The notes beneath the pieces were generated by a model. It saw nothing but the letters and a program-made list of their open reading frames with translations. It made no database searches and was not told the origin of the DNA. Of a DNA stretch of 64,000 bases, positions 9,932-19,776 are shown piece after piece. Each line of letters opens with the position of its first letter. The stretch's first letter is position 1. The position numbers and the translations under genes were made by a program. The stretch comes from Candidatus Poribacteria bacterium (lineage in GTDB: Bacteria; Poribacteria; WGA-4E; PCPOR2b): the NCBI GenBank assembly GCA_965116925.1, contig OZ220744.1:2560001-2624000 (forward strand), given 5' to 3'.

Positions 9932-12900
9932 GTGGCAAGCCTCAATCTTAGACCGACACACAAAATTGTTAGAGACTACTACAGCGAGTTGGATCAGTTT
10001 GATCGGCTCGGTGCTAGGCATGAAGGGGCGGTGCGATCGGCGTTCCAATCGCTGCTCCAAAAATGTGCTGGACAATTTGATTGGACACTCGTCCCTGAAC
10101 ACTCAATGACCGGGTCCGAAAACAGGCGGATCGTCGTTGACGGTGCGTTGATGGACAATTTCCGGTTGACGCACGGCTATTGGGAGGCGAAGGATGAGGA
10201 TGATGACTTATCGTCCGAGGTGGCGCGCAAATTTGCGGCGGGTTATCCCCAAGACAACATCCTGTTCCAGACTCCACACCGCGCTATCCTGTGCCAGAAC
10301 AATCAGCAGATGCCTGAGGCAGATCTGACCGACCCGACGGAACTGATAGGGACGCTTGAAACCTTCTTTTCCCACCGTCCGCCGGAGTATACGGAGTGGG
10401 AGGAGGCTGTCGCACAGTTCAGGGAAAGGGTGCCCGCGCTTGGACAGGGTTTAGCGGAACGGATCCATGGTGAACGGGAGACAAACCAAGCATTTATCTC
10501 CGCTTTTGCCGATTTCCATGAGAAGTGTCGTCAGTCGATTAACCCGAACCTCTCGGAAGCCGCCGTTGAGGAGATGCTGATCCAGCACCTGTTGACCGAG
10601 CAGATCTTTCACACGGTTTTCTATAACCAAGACTTTACCCGCCGCAATGTGATTGCCAATGAGATTGAGAAGGTGATAGACGCGCTCACAAGCCAGTCGT
10701 TCAGTCGTCACGATTTTTTGGGGGACCTTAATCCGTTCTATACAGCAATTGAACGCACCGCTGCAACTATCGAGGACTTCTCGCAGAAGCAGGGGTTTCT
10801 CAACACGGTTTACGAGCAGTTTTTTCAAGGCTTTTCGGTGAAGGTTGCGGACACCCACGGGATTGTCTACACGCCGCAACCGATTGTCGATTTTATGGTG
10901 AGGAGCGTTGAGGAGATCCTAAAGACCGAATTTAATCGATCGCTCTCCGATTCCGGCGTTCATATCATCGACCCGTTTGTAGGAACGGGCAATTTCATTG
11001 TGCGGACGATGCGCGAGATTCGTAGGACATCGCTAGCGGAAAAGTACACGACAGAGTTGCATTGCAACGAGGTGATGCTGCTGCCCTATTACATTGCGTC
11101 GATGAACATCGAACATGAATTTTACGAGGCGACGGGTAGGTATCAGTCTTTTGAGGGAATCTGCCTTGTGGATACATTTGAATTGGCAGAGGACACCGCC
11201 TACTATGCCTCCTCCCTATTTACAGAAGAAAACACGCGCCGCGTTGAGGAACAAAAAAAAGCCCCAATGTTTGTGATTATCGGCAATCCACCGTATAACG
11301 TCGGTCAGGTCAATGAGAACGACAACAACAAAAACCGGAAGTACCCAACAATGGATGCGGGGGTTGCAGGGACCTATGTAAAAGACTCGATAGCGACACT
11401 CAAAACTCAACTCTACGACCCTTATATAAAGGCGATTCGGTGGGCGTCGGATCGAATTGGGGAGGAGGGGGTTGTTGCTTTTGTAACAAACAACAGTTTT
11501 CTCGACGGTGTGGCGTTTGATGGGATGCGGAAACACCTCGCAGGCGATTTCGATGCAATTTATATTTTGGATTTGGGCGGGAATGCCCGAAAAGAACTGA
11601 AAGTTTCGGATGCCAATGTGTTTGGAATACGAGTCGGTGTGAGCATCAATCTATTTGTGAAGGCCGGACGGGAGATGAGTGGAACGGTTACAAACGGAGA
11701 AGATTCTGTCTCTGCCCGTATCTTTTACTATCGTACCGATGACCTATGGAACAAAAAACAGAAATTCGATTTTCTGAATGCACGTGGACACATTGGCAAT
11801 ATAGACTGGCAAACCATTCAACCCGATATACGCTATACATGGTTGACGGGAGGGATTCGCGCTGACTTTGAGAACTTTGTCCCGATGGGAACTAAAGAAG
11901 CAAAGGCAGCAAAGGGTGAGGCGATAGATGTGATTTTTAAGATTTATAGCGGTGGTGTCAAAACCAATCGTGATGCGTGGGCATACAACTTCAACCCAGA
12001 TGCCTTGGCTGAGAACATAAGTGGGATGATTAATATCTACAATGAACAGATCTTCAAGTGGGAACATAGGATGGATAGGGCTGCAAACATTGATGATTTT
12101 GTGGTGTCTAATGAGGTGAAAATCAAGTGGAGTTCAGGCTTAAAGGGGAAGTTAAAAAGCGGTCAGTCCACAGAATTTGCAAGCGCAAAAATCCGACAAA
12201 CTCTTTATCGTCCTTTTACGGAATCGCCTCTTTACTTTGACCGAATGATAAATGATAGGGTACTTCTGTTTCCTTCCATTTTTCCTACGCCTGAGACTGA
12301 AACAGAAAATCGGGTGATTTGTGTTGCTGGGGTTGGCGATAGAAAAGGTTTTGGTTGTCTTACAACAAATAGGATTCCTGCCTTTGATTTAGCTTTTGAA
12401 AAAGCCCAATGTTTTCCTTTCTACACCTATGACGAGGACGGAAGCAACCGCCAGGAGAACGTCACTGATTGGGTGTTAGGACAATTCCGAACGCATTACG
12501 GGGACGACTCCATCGGTAAGTGGGATATCTTCCATTATGTCTACGGTCTGCTCCATCACCCGATATATCGAGAGCGGTATCAGGCGAACCTCAAACGGGA
12601 TCTGCCGCATCTGCCATACACACCAGATTTCTGGGCGTTTGCCAAAGCGGGGAAACGGTTGGGAGAGATGCACGTCGGTTATGAGGATGTGGACGCATAT
12701 CCGCTGCGTTTTGTCGAGACACCGGATACACCGCTCGATTGGCGCGTGAAGAAGATGCGGTTGTCAAAGGACAAGACGGGGGTAAAATACAACGATTTCC
12801 TGACGCTCGACGGGATACCGGCGAAGGTGTTTGATTATCGGCTTGGGAATCGGTCGGCGTTGGAGTGGGTGATAGATCAGTATCGCGTCAAGACGGACAA

Positions 12901-13039
12901 GCGAAGCGGCATCGTCAATGACCCGAATCGTGCGGATGATGAGGAGTATATTGTCCGGTTGGTTGGGAAGGTGATTGCGGTTAGTTTGGAGACGGTTGAG
13001 ATTGTGGAGGGGTTGCCGGAGTTGGGGATTGCGGATTAA
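9932..13039 (+). CDS. Single-chain restriction-modification enzyme: PD-(D/E)xK nuclease, N6-adenine MTase and Type ISP-like C-terminal specificity domain
   Basis: VDG...WEAKD nuclease-like motif; GIVYTP; motif I IIDPFVGTGNF; motif IV GNPPY; C-terminal YRPF, RDAW and LGNRSALEWVIDQY. No helicase motifs. GTG start at 9932 behind AAGGTG. Confidence 0.85.
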   Translation: MASLNLRPTHKIVRDYYSELDQFDRLGARHEGAVRSAFQSLLQKCAGQFDWTLVPEHSMTGSENRRIVVDGALMDNFRLTHGYWEAKDEDDDLSSEVARKFAAGYPQDNILFQTPHRAILCQNNQQMPEADLTDPTELIGTLETFFSHRPPEYTEWEEAVAQFRERVPALGQGLAERIHGERETNQAFISAFADFHEKCRQSINPNLSEAAVEEMLIQHLLTEQIFHTVFYNQDFTRRNVIANEIEKVIDALTSQSFSRHDFLGDLNPFYTAIERTAATIEDFSQKQGFLNTVYEQFFQGFSVKVADTHGIVYTPQPIVDFMVRSVEEILKTEFNRSLSDSGVHIIDPFVGTGNFIVRTMREIRRTSLAEKYTTELHCNEVMLLPYYIASMNIEHEFYEATGRYQSFEGICLVDTFELAEDTAYYASSLFTEENTRRVEEQKKAPMFVIIGNPPYNVGQVNENDNNKNRKYPTMDAGVAGTYVKDSIATLKTQLYDPYIKAIRWASDRIGEEGVVAFVTNNSFLDGVAFDGMRKHLAGDFDAIYILDLGGNARKELKVSDANVFGIRVGVSINLFVKAGREMSGTVTNGEDSVSARIFYYRTDDLWNKKQKFDFLNARGHIGNIDWQTIQPDIRYTWLTGGIRADFENFVPMGTKEAKAAKGEAIDVIFKIYSGGVKTNRDAWAYNFNPDALAENISGMINIYNEQIFKWEHRMDRAANIDDFVVSNEVKIKWSSGLKGKLKSGQSTEFASAKIRQTLYRPFTESPLYFDRMINDRVLLFPSIFPTPETETENRVICVAGVGDRKGFGCLTTNRIPAFDLAFEKAQCFPFYTYDEDGSNRQENVTDWVLGQFRTHYGDDSIGKWDIFHYVYGLLHHPIYRERYQANLKRDLPHLPYTPDFWAFAKAGKRLGEMHVGYEDVDAYPLRFVETPDTPLDWRVKKMRLSKDKTGVKYNDFLTLDGIPAKVFDYRLGNRSALEWVIDQYRVKTDKRSGIVNDPNRADDEEYIVRLVGKVIAVSLETVEIVEGLPELGIAD

Positions 13040-13315
13040 ACGTGAAACGTAAAGAGTTCATTGGTTCATTTCGCTCCAGCGGAGCGATATGTCTATAGAA
13101 AGGCGATAGGTCCAATCCCCGCGCTCCAGCGGAGCGCAATGTGTATAGCAGAACCTATCCAGCCGAAATCTAAAGCCCCAGAGGGGCGACATGTGCGATG
13201 GAAGTGAAACGTGATGCGTAAAACGTAATTGGTTCATCGGTTCATTTATCGTTGCAAATGATTTGCTTATGCCACAATCTAACGCATCCAATCTTTAATC
13301 GAGGAGGCTTTTGAT

Positions 13316-13513
13316 ATGAAATTCACCGCAGTTTACAAAAAAGTCCCAGAGGGGTACATCGGATTTGTCCAAGAATTGTCCGGTGCTAACACGCAAGGCA
13401 AGACGTTTGAAGAAACCAGAGCCAATCTCCAAGAAGCGATTGAGATGATACTTGAGGCAAATCGTATCCTTGCTGAGGAATCTATGTTGCAAAGGTGTTC
13501 GCAGTTAGTTTGA
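13316..13513 (+). CDS. hicB: HicB-family antitoxin (short; C-terminus replaced by MTase-tail-derived sequence)
   Basis: GYIGFVQELSGANTQGKTFEETRANLQEAIEMILE with a GAGGAGG RBS; no hicA nearby. Confidence 0.7.
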   Translation: MKFTAVYKKVPEGYIGFVQELSGANTQGKTFEETRANLQEAIEMILEANRILAEESMLQRCSQLV

Positions 13514-13577
13514 GGAAGGGGGAAATTATGAAAGAGTTGCCGGTGTTGGGCATTGAAATACATCTAAGGAGGAATTT

Positions 13578-14480
13578 ATGGAATTCATAAAACATCTATA
13601 TTCATACGTCGATAGCCCACTAGAGTTTTCCGCTCTGATGACAGGGATTGCGACTGTTGTGCTTGCAATCATTACATGGAGGTACGTTCGTCTGACAAAG
13701 CACATACTAGAGGAATACCGGCTGATGCGTTTGGAGGCCAACAAACCCGAAATTATGGTCTCCCTACTTCCCCACGAAACACACATTGCTTGGGTGATGC
13801 TCTGTGTAGAAAACATAGGTACGGGGCTAGCCCGTCATCTAAAATTTACGGCAGATCCTTCCTCCATATCAAGTTTTGACAGGCCACTTGAAGAAATTGG
13901 TTTCCTCAAGCGGGAAATTGAGGTTTTGGCACCTGGGCGCAAGATGCAGTCCTTTTTGGTTAGTGCAGTAGGCAAGTTTGATGAACTGAAACAACAACCG
14001 CTTAAAATTGCTGTCACTTATAAGGATTCGGAGGATGGTGAATACGCAGAAACATTTCCTCTTGATTTTAGCGAGCTTGAAGGTTTATCGCATGAGGGGT
14101 CACCGCTCTTTGAGATAGCCAAAGCTATTCAAGATGTGAAGAAGGTTTTACTCGACCTTACTAATGGCGTTAGTAAACCCACAATTCTTACAGAACCACT
14201 ATCTAAGCATCTTATAAGGGAGCATGCTAGTATCTTGGAGAAAAGACTGGCTCATCTCCCTGACGAGGCTCAACAAGAAATTGTACAAGAAGTAGTAAAC
14301 CTTATCACAAGGAAAGAACGGGAAGTTCCGACGGAAGAGCAGAATAAAAAGACGATAACGGAGTATCTCGGCGCTGAAATCCGAGGGCGAAATAACATAG
14401 AAAAAGAATTCGCTATTGCTGATAAAACGACTAGATCTGCAGAAGCTGATTCAACCGATGGTCCTGACTCCTCAGAATAA
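13578..14480 (+). CDS. Hypothetical protein with a single N-terminal transmembrane helix
   Basis: AAGGAGG RBS; 300 aa; hydrophobic segment FSALMTGIATVVLAIITW; AT-richer than the flanks. Confidence 0.75.
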   Translation: MEFIKHLYSYVDSPLEFSALMTGIATVVLAIITWRYVRLTKHILEEYRLMRLEANKPEIMVSLLPHETHIAWVMLCVENIGTGLARHLKFTADPSSISSFDRPLEEIGFLKREIEVLAPGRKMQSFLVSAVGKFDELKQQPLKIAVTYKDSEDGEYAETFPLDFSELEGLSHEGSPLFEIAKAIQDVKKVLLDLTNGVSKPTILTEPLSKHLIREHASILEKRLAHLPDEAQQEIVQEVVNLITRKEREVPTEEQNKKTITEYLGAEIRGRNNIEKEFAIADKTTRSAEADSTDGPDSSE

Positions 14481-14498
14481 TGCGATGAGATAGGAGAG

Positions 14499-14692
14499 TC
14501 ACCGCAGTTTACAAAAAAGTCCCGGAGGGATACATCGGATTTGTCCAAGAATTGCCCGGTGCCAACACGCAAGGCAAAACGCTTGAAGAAACCAGAGCCA
14601 ATCTCCAAGAAGCGATCGAGATGACGCTTGAGGCGGCGAATCGTATCCTTGCCGAAGAATTTATTTTGCAAAAATGCTCGCAGTCAGTTTGA
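14499..14692 (+). pseudogene. Second, 5'-truncated hicB copy
   Basis: Close DNA copy of 13323-13513 lacking the RBS and ATG. Confidence 0.75.
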
Positions 14693-14766
14693 AAAAGGCG
14701 GAGATTGTGGAGGGGCTGCCGGAGTTGGAAGTTTTTGACCAGTGAATCAAAAGGAGTTATCAGTAG

Positions 14767-15627
14767 ATGAGCTACGATGCAAGAGTTTTTAATGTTATGA
14801 TCGCTTCTCCTAGTGATGTTGCATCTGAAAGATCGATTGTCAGAGAGGTGCTCTATGATTGGAATGCTGTTCATTCGGAAAGAGAAAATATCGTATTGCT
14901 TCCCGTTGGGTGGGAATCGCATTCGTCTCCAGAAATGGGAGCAAGACCACAAGAAATCATAAATAAGCAAACTGTGGATAAATGCGATCTTTTGGTGGGG
15001 ATATTTGGAACTCGATTAGGAACGGACACTGGCAAGTACCCTAGTGGCACTATCGAAGAGATTGAAGATCACATTAAATCTGGAAAACCAGCGATGGTCT
15101 ATTTCTCAAATCAACTTGGTGATTCAGGTGACTTTGAGGCGGAGCAATATACCGAGCTTATGAAGTGGAAGGAGTATTATCGAAGTCGCGGGTTATGTGA
15201 GAGTTACGATAGCGATGTAGACTTTAAGGACAAATTTTCTCGCCAACTACAAATTAAAGTGAACCAGCATGAGATGTTCCAATTTCGCGGAGAAGAAATT
15301 AATGCCAGTTTTGAGATAGAGGAATTGGACAAGAATATCCCTCAATTAAGTGATATAGCGCAAATTATTCTAAAAGAGGTCAGTCAATCTAGTCAAGGGC
15401 ATATTTATGTTGACTGGGATCTAGCTTTGATGAGGGTCATAAATGACGGAGCCAATCGGAAGGACCTCATCCCTGACGACAATCCTAGAGTGATAGCACA
15501 ATGGAGAGCTGCGCTGAAAGAGTTAAAGGCTGCTGAACTGTTAGAAGATGAAGGTAACGCGGGACAAGTATTTCTGATTACCTCCCACGGGTATGATATC
15601 GCGGATATGATCGAAGTGGCAACCTAA
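14767..15627 (+). CDS. DUF4062-like (NDT/TIR-fold) domain protein with a possible C-terminal winged helix
   Basis: VMIASPSDV..ER, WE..SSPEMG.RPQ.IIN, CDLLVGIF.TRLGT, SGT.EEI and GKPAMVYFS; AAGGAG RBS. Confidence 0.7.
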   Translation: MSYDARVFNVMIASPSDVASERSIVREVLYDWNAVHSERENIVLLPVGWESHSSPEMGARPQEIINKQTVDKCDLLVGIFGTRLGTDTGKYPSGTIEEIEDHIKSGKPAMVYFSNQLGDSGDFEAEQYTELMKWKEYYRSRGLCESYDSDVDFKDKFSRQLQIKVNQHEMFQFRGEEINASFEIEELDKNIPQLSDIAQIILKEVSQSSQGHIYVDWDLALMRVINDGANRKDLIPDDNPRVIAQWRAALKELKAAELLEDEGNAGQVFLITSHGYDIADMIEVAT

Positions 15628-16187
15628 TAAGCGCATATATGCAGATGCCAATTTAGCTGTGCTGCATTGTTATATATCTAACCCGAGTTGCCACATGTCG
15701 CCCCTCTGGGGTTTAGGTGTGTGGGGATTCGGCGTTTCTATAAACATGCCGCCCCGCTGGGGCTATATTGGTTCGTTTGTGTTGGGTTGTGCTTTACCCA
15801 ACCTACGCCTTGTTGCCATTGGTAGGGGTGAGGTTTCCTCGCCCGATGGGTTGGGTGACCCAACTCCTACGGGTTCTGGTTGTGAGGTGTCGGCGGTTTT
15901 TAATCCGCGTAATCTGTGTAATCCTCTTAATCCGCGATTCAGACAATTATCGCCCCGCTGGGGCTATGTTGGTTCGTTGTTTCAGGTGTACTAACCTTTG
16001 GTGCTATTTTAGAGGTTATAGTGAATCTTAGAATTAATGAGACACTGCAAATCGGTGCGTTTTCTAACCGCACCGCATCGGCGCAGTTGGAAACAGCGCC
16101 TACCGGGTTGGATTGAATGCGAAACACTCCAAAATCGTAGGTGCGATTAACCTGACCGATAAACTCTTATCCAAATGGAGGATTTTC

Positions 16188-17084
16188 ATGAACATCACGC
16201 TGAGAAAACTCAGTTTTCTATTATGCTTTTTATGCTTCGCGGGGAACGCCCTCGCTCAATCCCATGTTACGTCTGCCAATGATCTTTATACCTTTGAAAC
16301 GATAGCCGTTGAAGGCGTCGATTATCTGGCAGTGGGCGCGAGCAGTGATTTTGAGGATTATGCGGGCAATACGCCAAGCCCTGATGGTGAGCGAATGATT
16401 GGTTTTACGCTCATTGATGGGGTCTTTAAGACTTACGATTTCCCCGGTGCCAAGAACGTCTATTTCTACGCACTCGGCAATAATGGAGTTGCCGGCGGAT
16501 ACTATGAGGATAGCGATGGGCTTCATCATGGCCTCATTGTGGAAAATGGGGAGATGAGACGATACGACTTTCCCGGTGCAGTCGAAACATTCATTTTCGG
16601 TTATAGCGATTCAAAAGGGATATTCACTGGCAGTTTTATTGATGAGTCTGGATTGAGGAAAGGCTTTTCTGGCGATATTGTCATTGAGTTTCCCAAAGCG
16701 AGAGCAACTTACGCTGATTTTATGAATGCTGAGGGGCGTATCGTGGGCAGTTTTATTGATGAGAACGGACTTTATCGCTCTTATTATCGCAGTCCTGACG
16801 GGAGGCTTGCGATACTTGAGTATTTCAAACCTGAGACGCTCGAATACTTTTTCGTGCATGGCATAACCGATTCATCTAGCCTGATGGTGCTGTGTCGTGC
16901 CAAAAAGGTGGGCGATGTCCCTCGAACCTATATCGGTTCATTCATACGCGGTCTGAAAGAGATAAACTTCCCCGGCAGTGTCTCAACTGAAGGCTGGAAT
17001 ATCAACCAAGATAATTCAGTCGTCGGACATTATGATACCGGGGACGGACGCAGGCATGGATTTATAGCAAAGCGAATTCGGTAA
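16188..17084 (+). CDS. Secreted repeat protein (extracellular beta-propeller-like repeats)
   Basis: Start moved to ATG 16188 (GGAGG RBS); signal peptide ALA|QS; repeats YDFPGA...GINxxGxIVGxY...HGF. Confidence 0.7.
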   Translation: MNITLRKLSFLLCFLCFAGNALAQSHVTSANDLYTFETIAVEGVDYLAVGASSDFEDYAGNTPSPDGERMIGFTLIDGVFKTYDFPGAKNVYFYALGNNGVAGGYYEDSDGLHHGLIVENGEMRRYDFPGAVETFIFGYSDSKGIFTGSFIDESGLRKGFSGDIVIEFPKARATYADFMNAEGRIVGSFIDENGLYRSYYRSPDGRLAILEYFKPETLEYFFVHGITDSSSLMVLCRAKKVGDVPRTYIGSFIRGLKEINFPGSVSTEGWNINQDNSVVGHYDTGDGRRHGFIAKRIR

Positions 17085-17226
17085 GTCTGAAATAATATAA
17101 CGGGTATGTTGGTTCATTTTTGTTGGGTTTCACAGGTTGCGTTCAACCCAACCTACGATGCTATGGGAGTGCGAAGAAGAAACCGAGTTTTGAAGAAAAA
17201 ACTCGGTTTCAAGTGGAAGGGGATTT

Positions 17227-17925
17227 ATGGAAAGATCAGATATTAAAGCGTTAACGTTTGATCTGTTTGGGACAATTTTGGATCTTGGAGGGAGCTTGAT
17301 GCCTTACATCGCGGAGTTCCTAAAGGCGAAGGGGGCGGAGGTGTCGGCGGATCGGTTTTGGGATCAGTGGCGGGCACGGCAACGGATTGAGCAGTATCAG
17401 GACACGCTCGTGATGTTGGGGCATAGCGGGTATCTGGAGACGGTGCGCCGTGCGTTCGTTTATGTGCTCAACCTGAACGGGATTCGGACGACGAGCGATG
17501 AGGTGAAGGATTTCATGGGGGCGTGGGATATGCTCTCTCCGTTTCCAGAGGTGCTTCCGGCGTTGGAACGGCTCAAGTCGCATTATCAGTTGGTGATTTT
17601 GTCGAATGGCGATCCGCATTTCCTTGACCATCTTGCGAAGCGTCGGGTTCGTTGGGATTTTGATGACATTATCTCGGTAACGGATGTCGGTGCGTTCAAG
17701 CCGCACCCCGCGGTCTATCGGTATGCGGCGATTAGTCGGCTCCGACTTAAGGTGGAGGAGTGTTTGATGGTCTCGGCAAATTCGTTTGATGTGATGGGGG
17801 CGAAGGTGTGCGGTTACAGAGCTGCGTTTGTGAATCGGTATGGGTTGCCGTATGAGGATTCGCCGTATTTGCCGGATGTGACGGTTGCGGATTTTACGGA
17901 GTTGGCGGATGGGTTGGTTGATTAG
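17227..17925 (+). CDS. Haloacid dehalogenase type II (HAD superfamily)
   Basis: FDLFGT, ILSNG, FKPHP and VSANSFDVMGA. Confidence 0.9.
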   Translation: MERSDIKALTFDLFGTILDLGGSLMPYIAEFLKAKGAEVSADRFWDQWRARQRIEQYQDTLVMLGHSGYLETVRRAFVYVLNLNGIRTTSDEVKDFMGAWDMLSPFPEVLPALERLKSHYQLVILSNGDPHFLDHLAKRRVRWDFDDIISVTDVGAFKPHPAVYRYAAISRLRLKVEECLMVSANSFDVMGAKVCGYRAAFVNRYGLPYEDSPYLPDVTVADFTELADGLVD

Positions 17926-17986
17926 TGCATCGGTTCATTGAATCGGTGAATCCGATGCAACACGAATATATTAGGGAGGTGAGGAG

Positions 17987-18919
17987 ATGATTGGACGCCT
18001 ACGAAGGGTTTCTTTACGTGAGGTGTGGTCCCACGAAGCACACGATTTCACGCCGTGGCTTGCGGAGAACATTGATGTTTTGAATGATGCAATTGACCTG
18101 TCGCTTTCAATCGTAGAACGTGAACGGGCGGCGGGTGATTTCAGCATAGACCTCGTCGCAGAAGATGAGTCGGGGAATCCTGTCATCATTGAAAATCAAC
18201 TTGAGCGGAGTAACCATGACCACCTCGGCAAGCTGATTACCTATTTGACCGCAATTGATGCGAAAGCCGCTATCTGGATTGTCAAGGAAGCTAGACCGGA
18301 ACATATCAGCGCAGTTTCGTGGCTGAATGAATCGTCTTCGGGGTCTTTCTATTTGCTCAAGCTTGAGGCAGTTCGGATTGAAGATTCACCACCCGCGCCG
18401 GTGCTGACACTGATTGTTGGGTCAAGTGAGGAGAGTCAAGAATTTGGAGAGACAAAGAAAGAGCTCAAAGAACGGCATATTCTTCGTCGTCGATTCTGGA
18501 CACAGTTGTTGGAACGGGCTAAAGCAAGTACTCCACTACATGCGAGCACTTCGCCTAACCAGCAAAATTATGTGATGACAGGAGCTGGAAAAACGGGGTT
18601 ATCCTTTCTATATGTTATCCAGCAACATACTTCTGATATAGATCTGTACATTGACCGGGGTAGGGAGGCAGACAACGAAAACGAGGAGATCTTCAATACG
18701 CTTCAAGAAGCTAAGGATCGGATTGAGGCAGCCTTCGGTGAACCGCTCAAATGGCAGCGACTTGAAGGCAAACGTGCCTGTCGAATTAGTAAGCGATTTT
18801 CTCTGGGCGGTTACCGCGACGATGAGGAGAGATGGCCAGAGATACAGGACGCCATGATTGATGGGATGATTCGGTTGGAGGCGGCATTCAAACCTCATAT
18901 TGACAGGTTGCCAGCGTAA
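17987..18919 (+). CDS. DUF4268 protein with an N-terminal NucS-like PD-(D/E)xK domain
   Basis: LREVWSHEAHDFTPWLAENID, IDLVAED...IIENQL and HDHLGKLITY. Confidence 0.8.
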   Translation: MIGRLRRVSLREVWSHEAHDFTPWLAENIDVLNDAIDLSLSIVERERAAGDFSIDLVAEDESGNPVIIENQLERSNHDHLGKLITYLTAIDAKAAIWIVKEARPEHISAVSWLNESSSGSFYLLKLEAVRIEDSPPAPVLTLIVGSSEESQEFGETKKELKERHILRRRFWTQLLERAKASTPLHASTSPNQQNYVMTGAGKTGLSFLYVIQQHTSDIDLYIDRGREADNENEEIFNTLQEAKDRIEAAFGEPLKWQRLEGKRACRISKRFSLGGYRDDEERWPEIQDAMIDGMIRLEAAFKPHIDRLPA

Positions 18920-18944
18920 CTTTATCATTAATAATGCAAGTGCT

Positions 18945-19735
18945 CACATGTCGCCCCGCTGGGGCTTAGGCTTGTGGGGATTCGATATTTCTATAAACAT
19001 GTCGCCCCGCTGGGGCTTTGAATGCGTAAGGAGAGACGGAACGCAGATCTGCGTTCCCTACGAATGATATTTGCTGATGCGGGTTAGGGGGCGGGCAAGA
19101 TGCCGGACCTACGGGGAGATGTTGGGTGCCTGTCGCCCCCGCTGAGGCTTTGAATCGGGGAAGTTCGATGGTTTTCAATCGGTGCAATCTGTGTAATCCG
19201 TTTAATCCGCGATTCAGACAATCATCGCTCCTCTGGGGCTAGCTGTGATGCGTAAGGAGAGACGGAACGCAGATCTGCGTTCCCTACGAATGATATTCGC
19301 CGATGCGGGTTAGAGGTCGGGTAAGTTCGAGAGGGTCTCCGATGAATCGAGGGCAGGCCCGTGAACGGGGATGCCCAACCTACGGGGATAGTGGTTTTTA
19401 TAGACATTGCGCTCCGCTGGAGTACAGGCGTTGGACATATCGTGATTCTATAGACATATCACTCCGCTGGAGTGAAAGGCACATATATCACCTCGCTGGG
19501 GCTGTGTTGGTTCATTTGTTGGGTTTCGCTTTCGCTCAACCCAACCTACGATTTGTTGAGATTGGTAGGGGCGAGTTTTCCTCGCCCGATGGGTTGGGTG
19601 ACCCAACCCCTACGTTCTAGCTGTAAAGTATCGGGGTTTTTCAATCCGTGCGATCCGCGTAATCCTCTTAATCCGCGATTCAGACAAATTTTTTCTCACG
19701 CATCACGCATCACGTTTCACGTTTCACGTATTCAC
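18945..19735. repeat. Large composite REP/BIME-like mosaic
   Basis: Concatenated repeat modules, including an internal ~78-bp duplication (19023-19100 and 19249-19326). Similar mosaics at 6060-6550, 9385-9920, 13040-13250 and 15690-16110. Confidence 0.85.
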
Positions 19736-19776
19736 TAGGGCTTTGTTAAAAATTCGATTTCAAGGAGGCAATTAAT

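Noticed and set aside
13316..13513. Functional HicAB toxin-antitoxin module
   Set aside because: There is no hicA in the window and the hicB 3' end is chimeric with the MTase tail.
15659..16127. ORFs in repeat mosaics (also 4031, 8494, 9543, 13058, 18966-19738, 32282, 48921, 54248)
   Set aside because: They are translations of REP/MITE sequence with no RBS or protein-like features.
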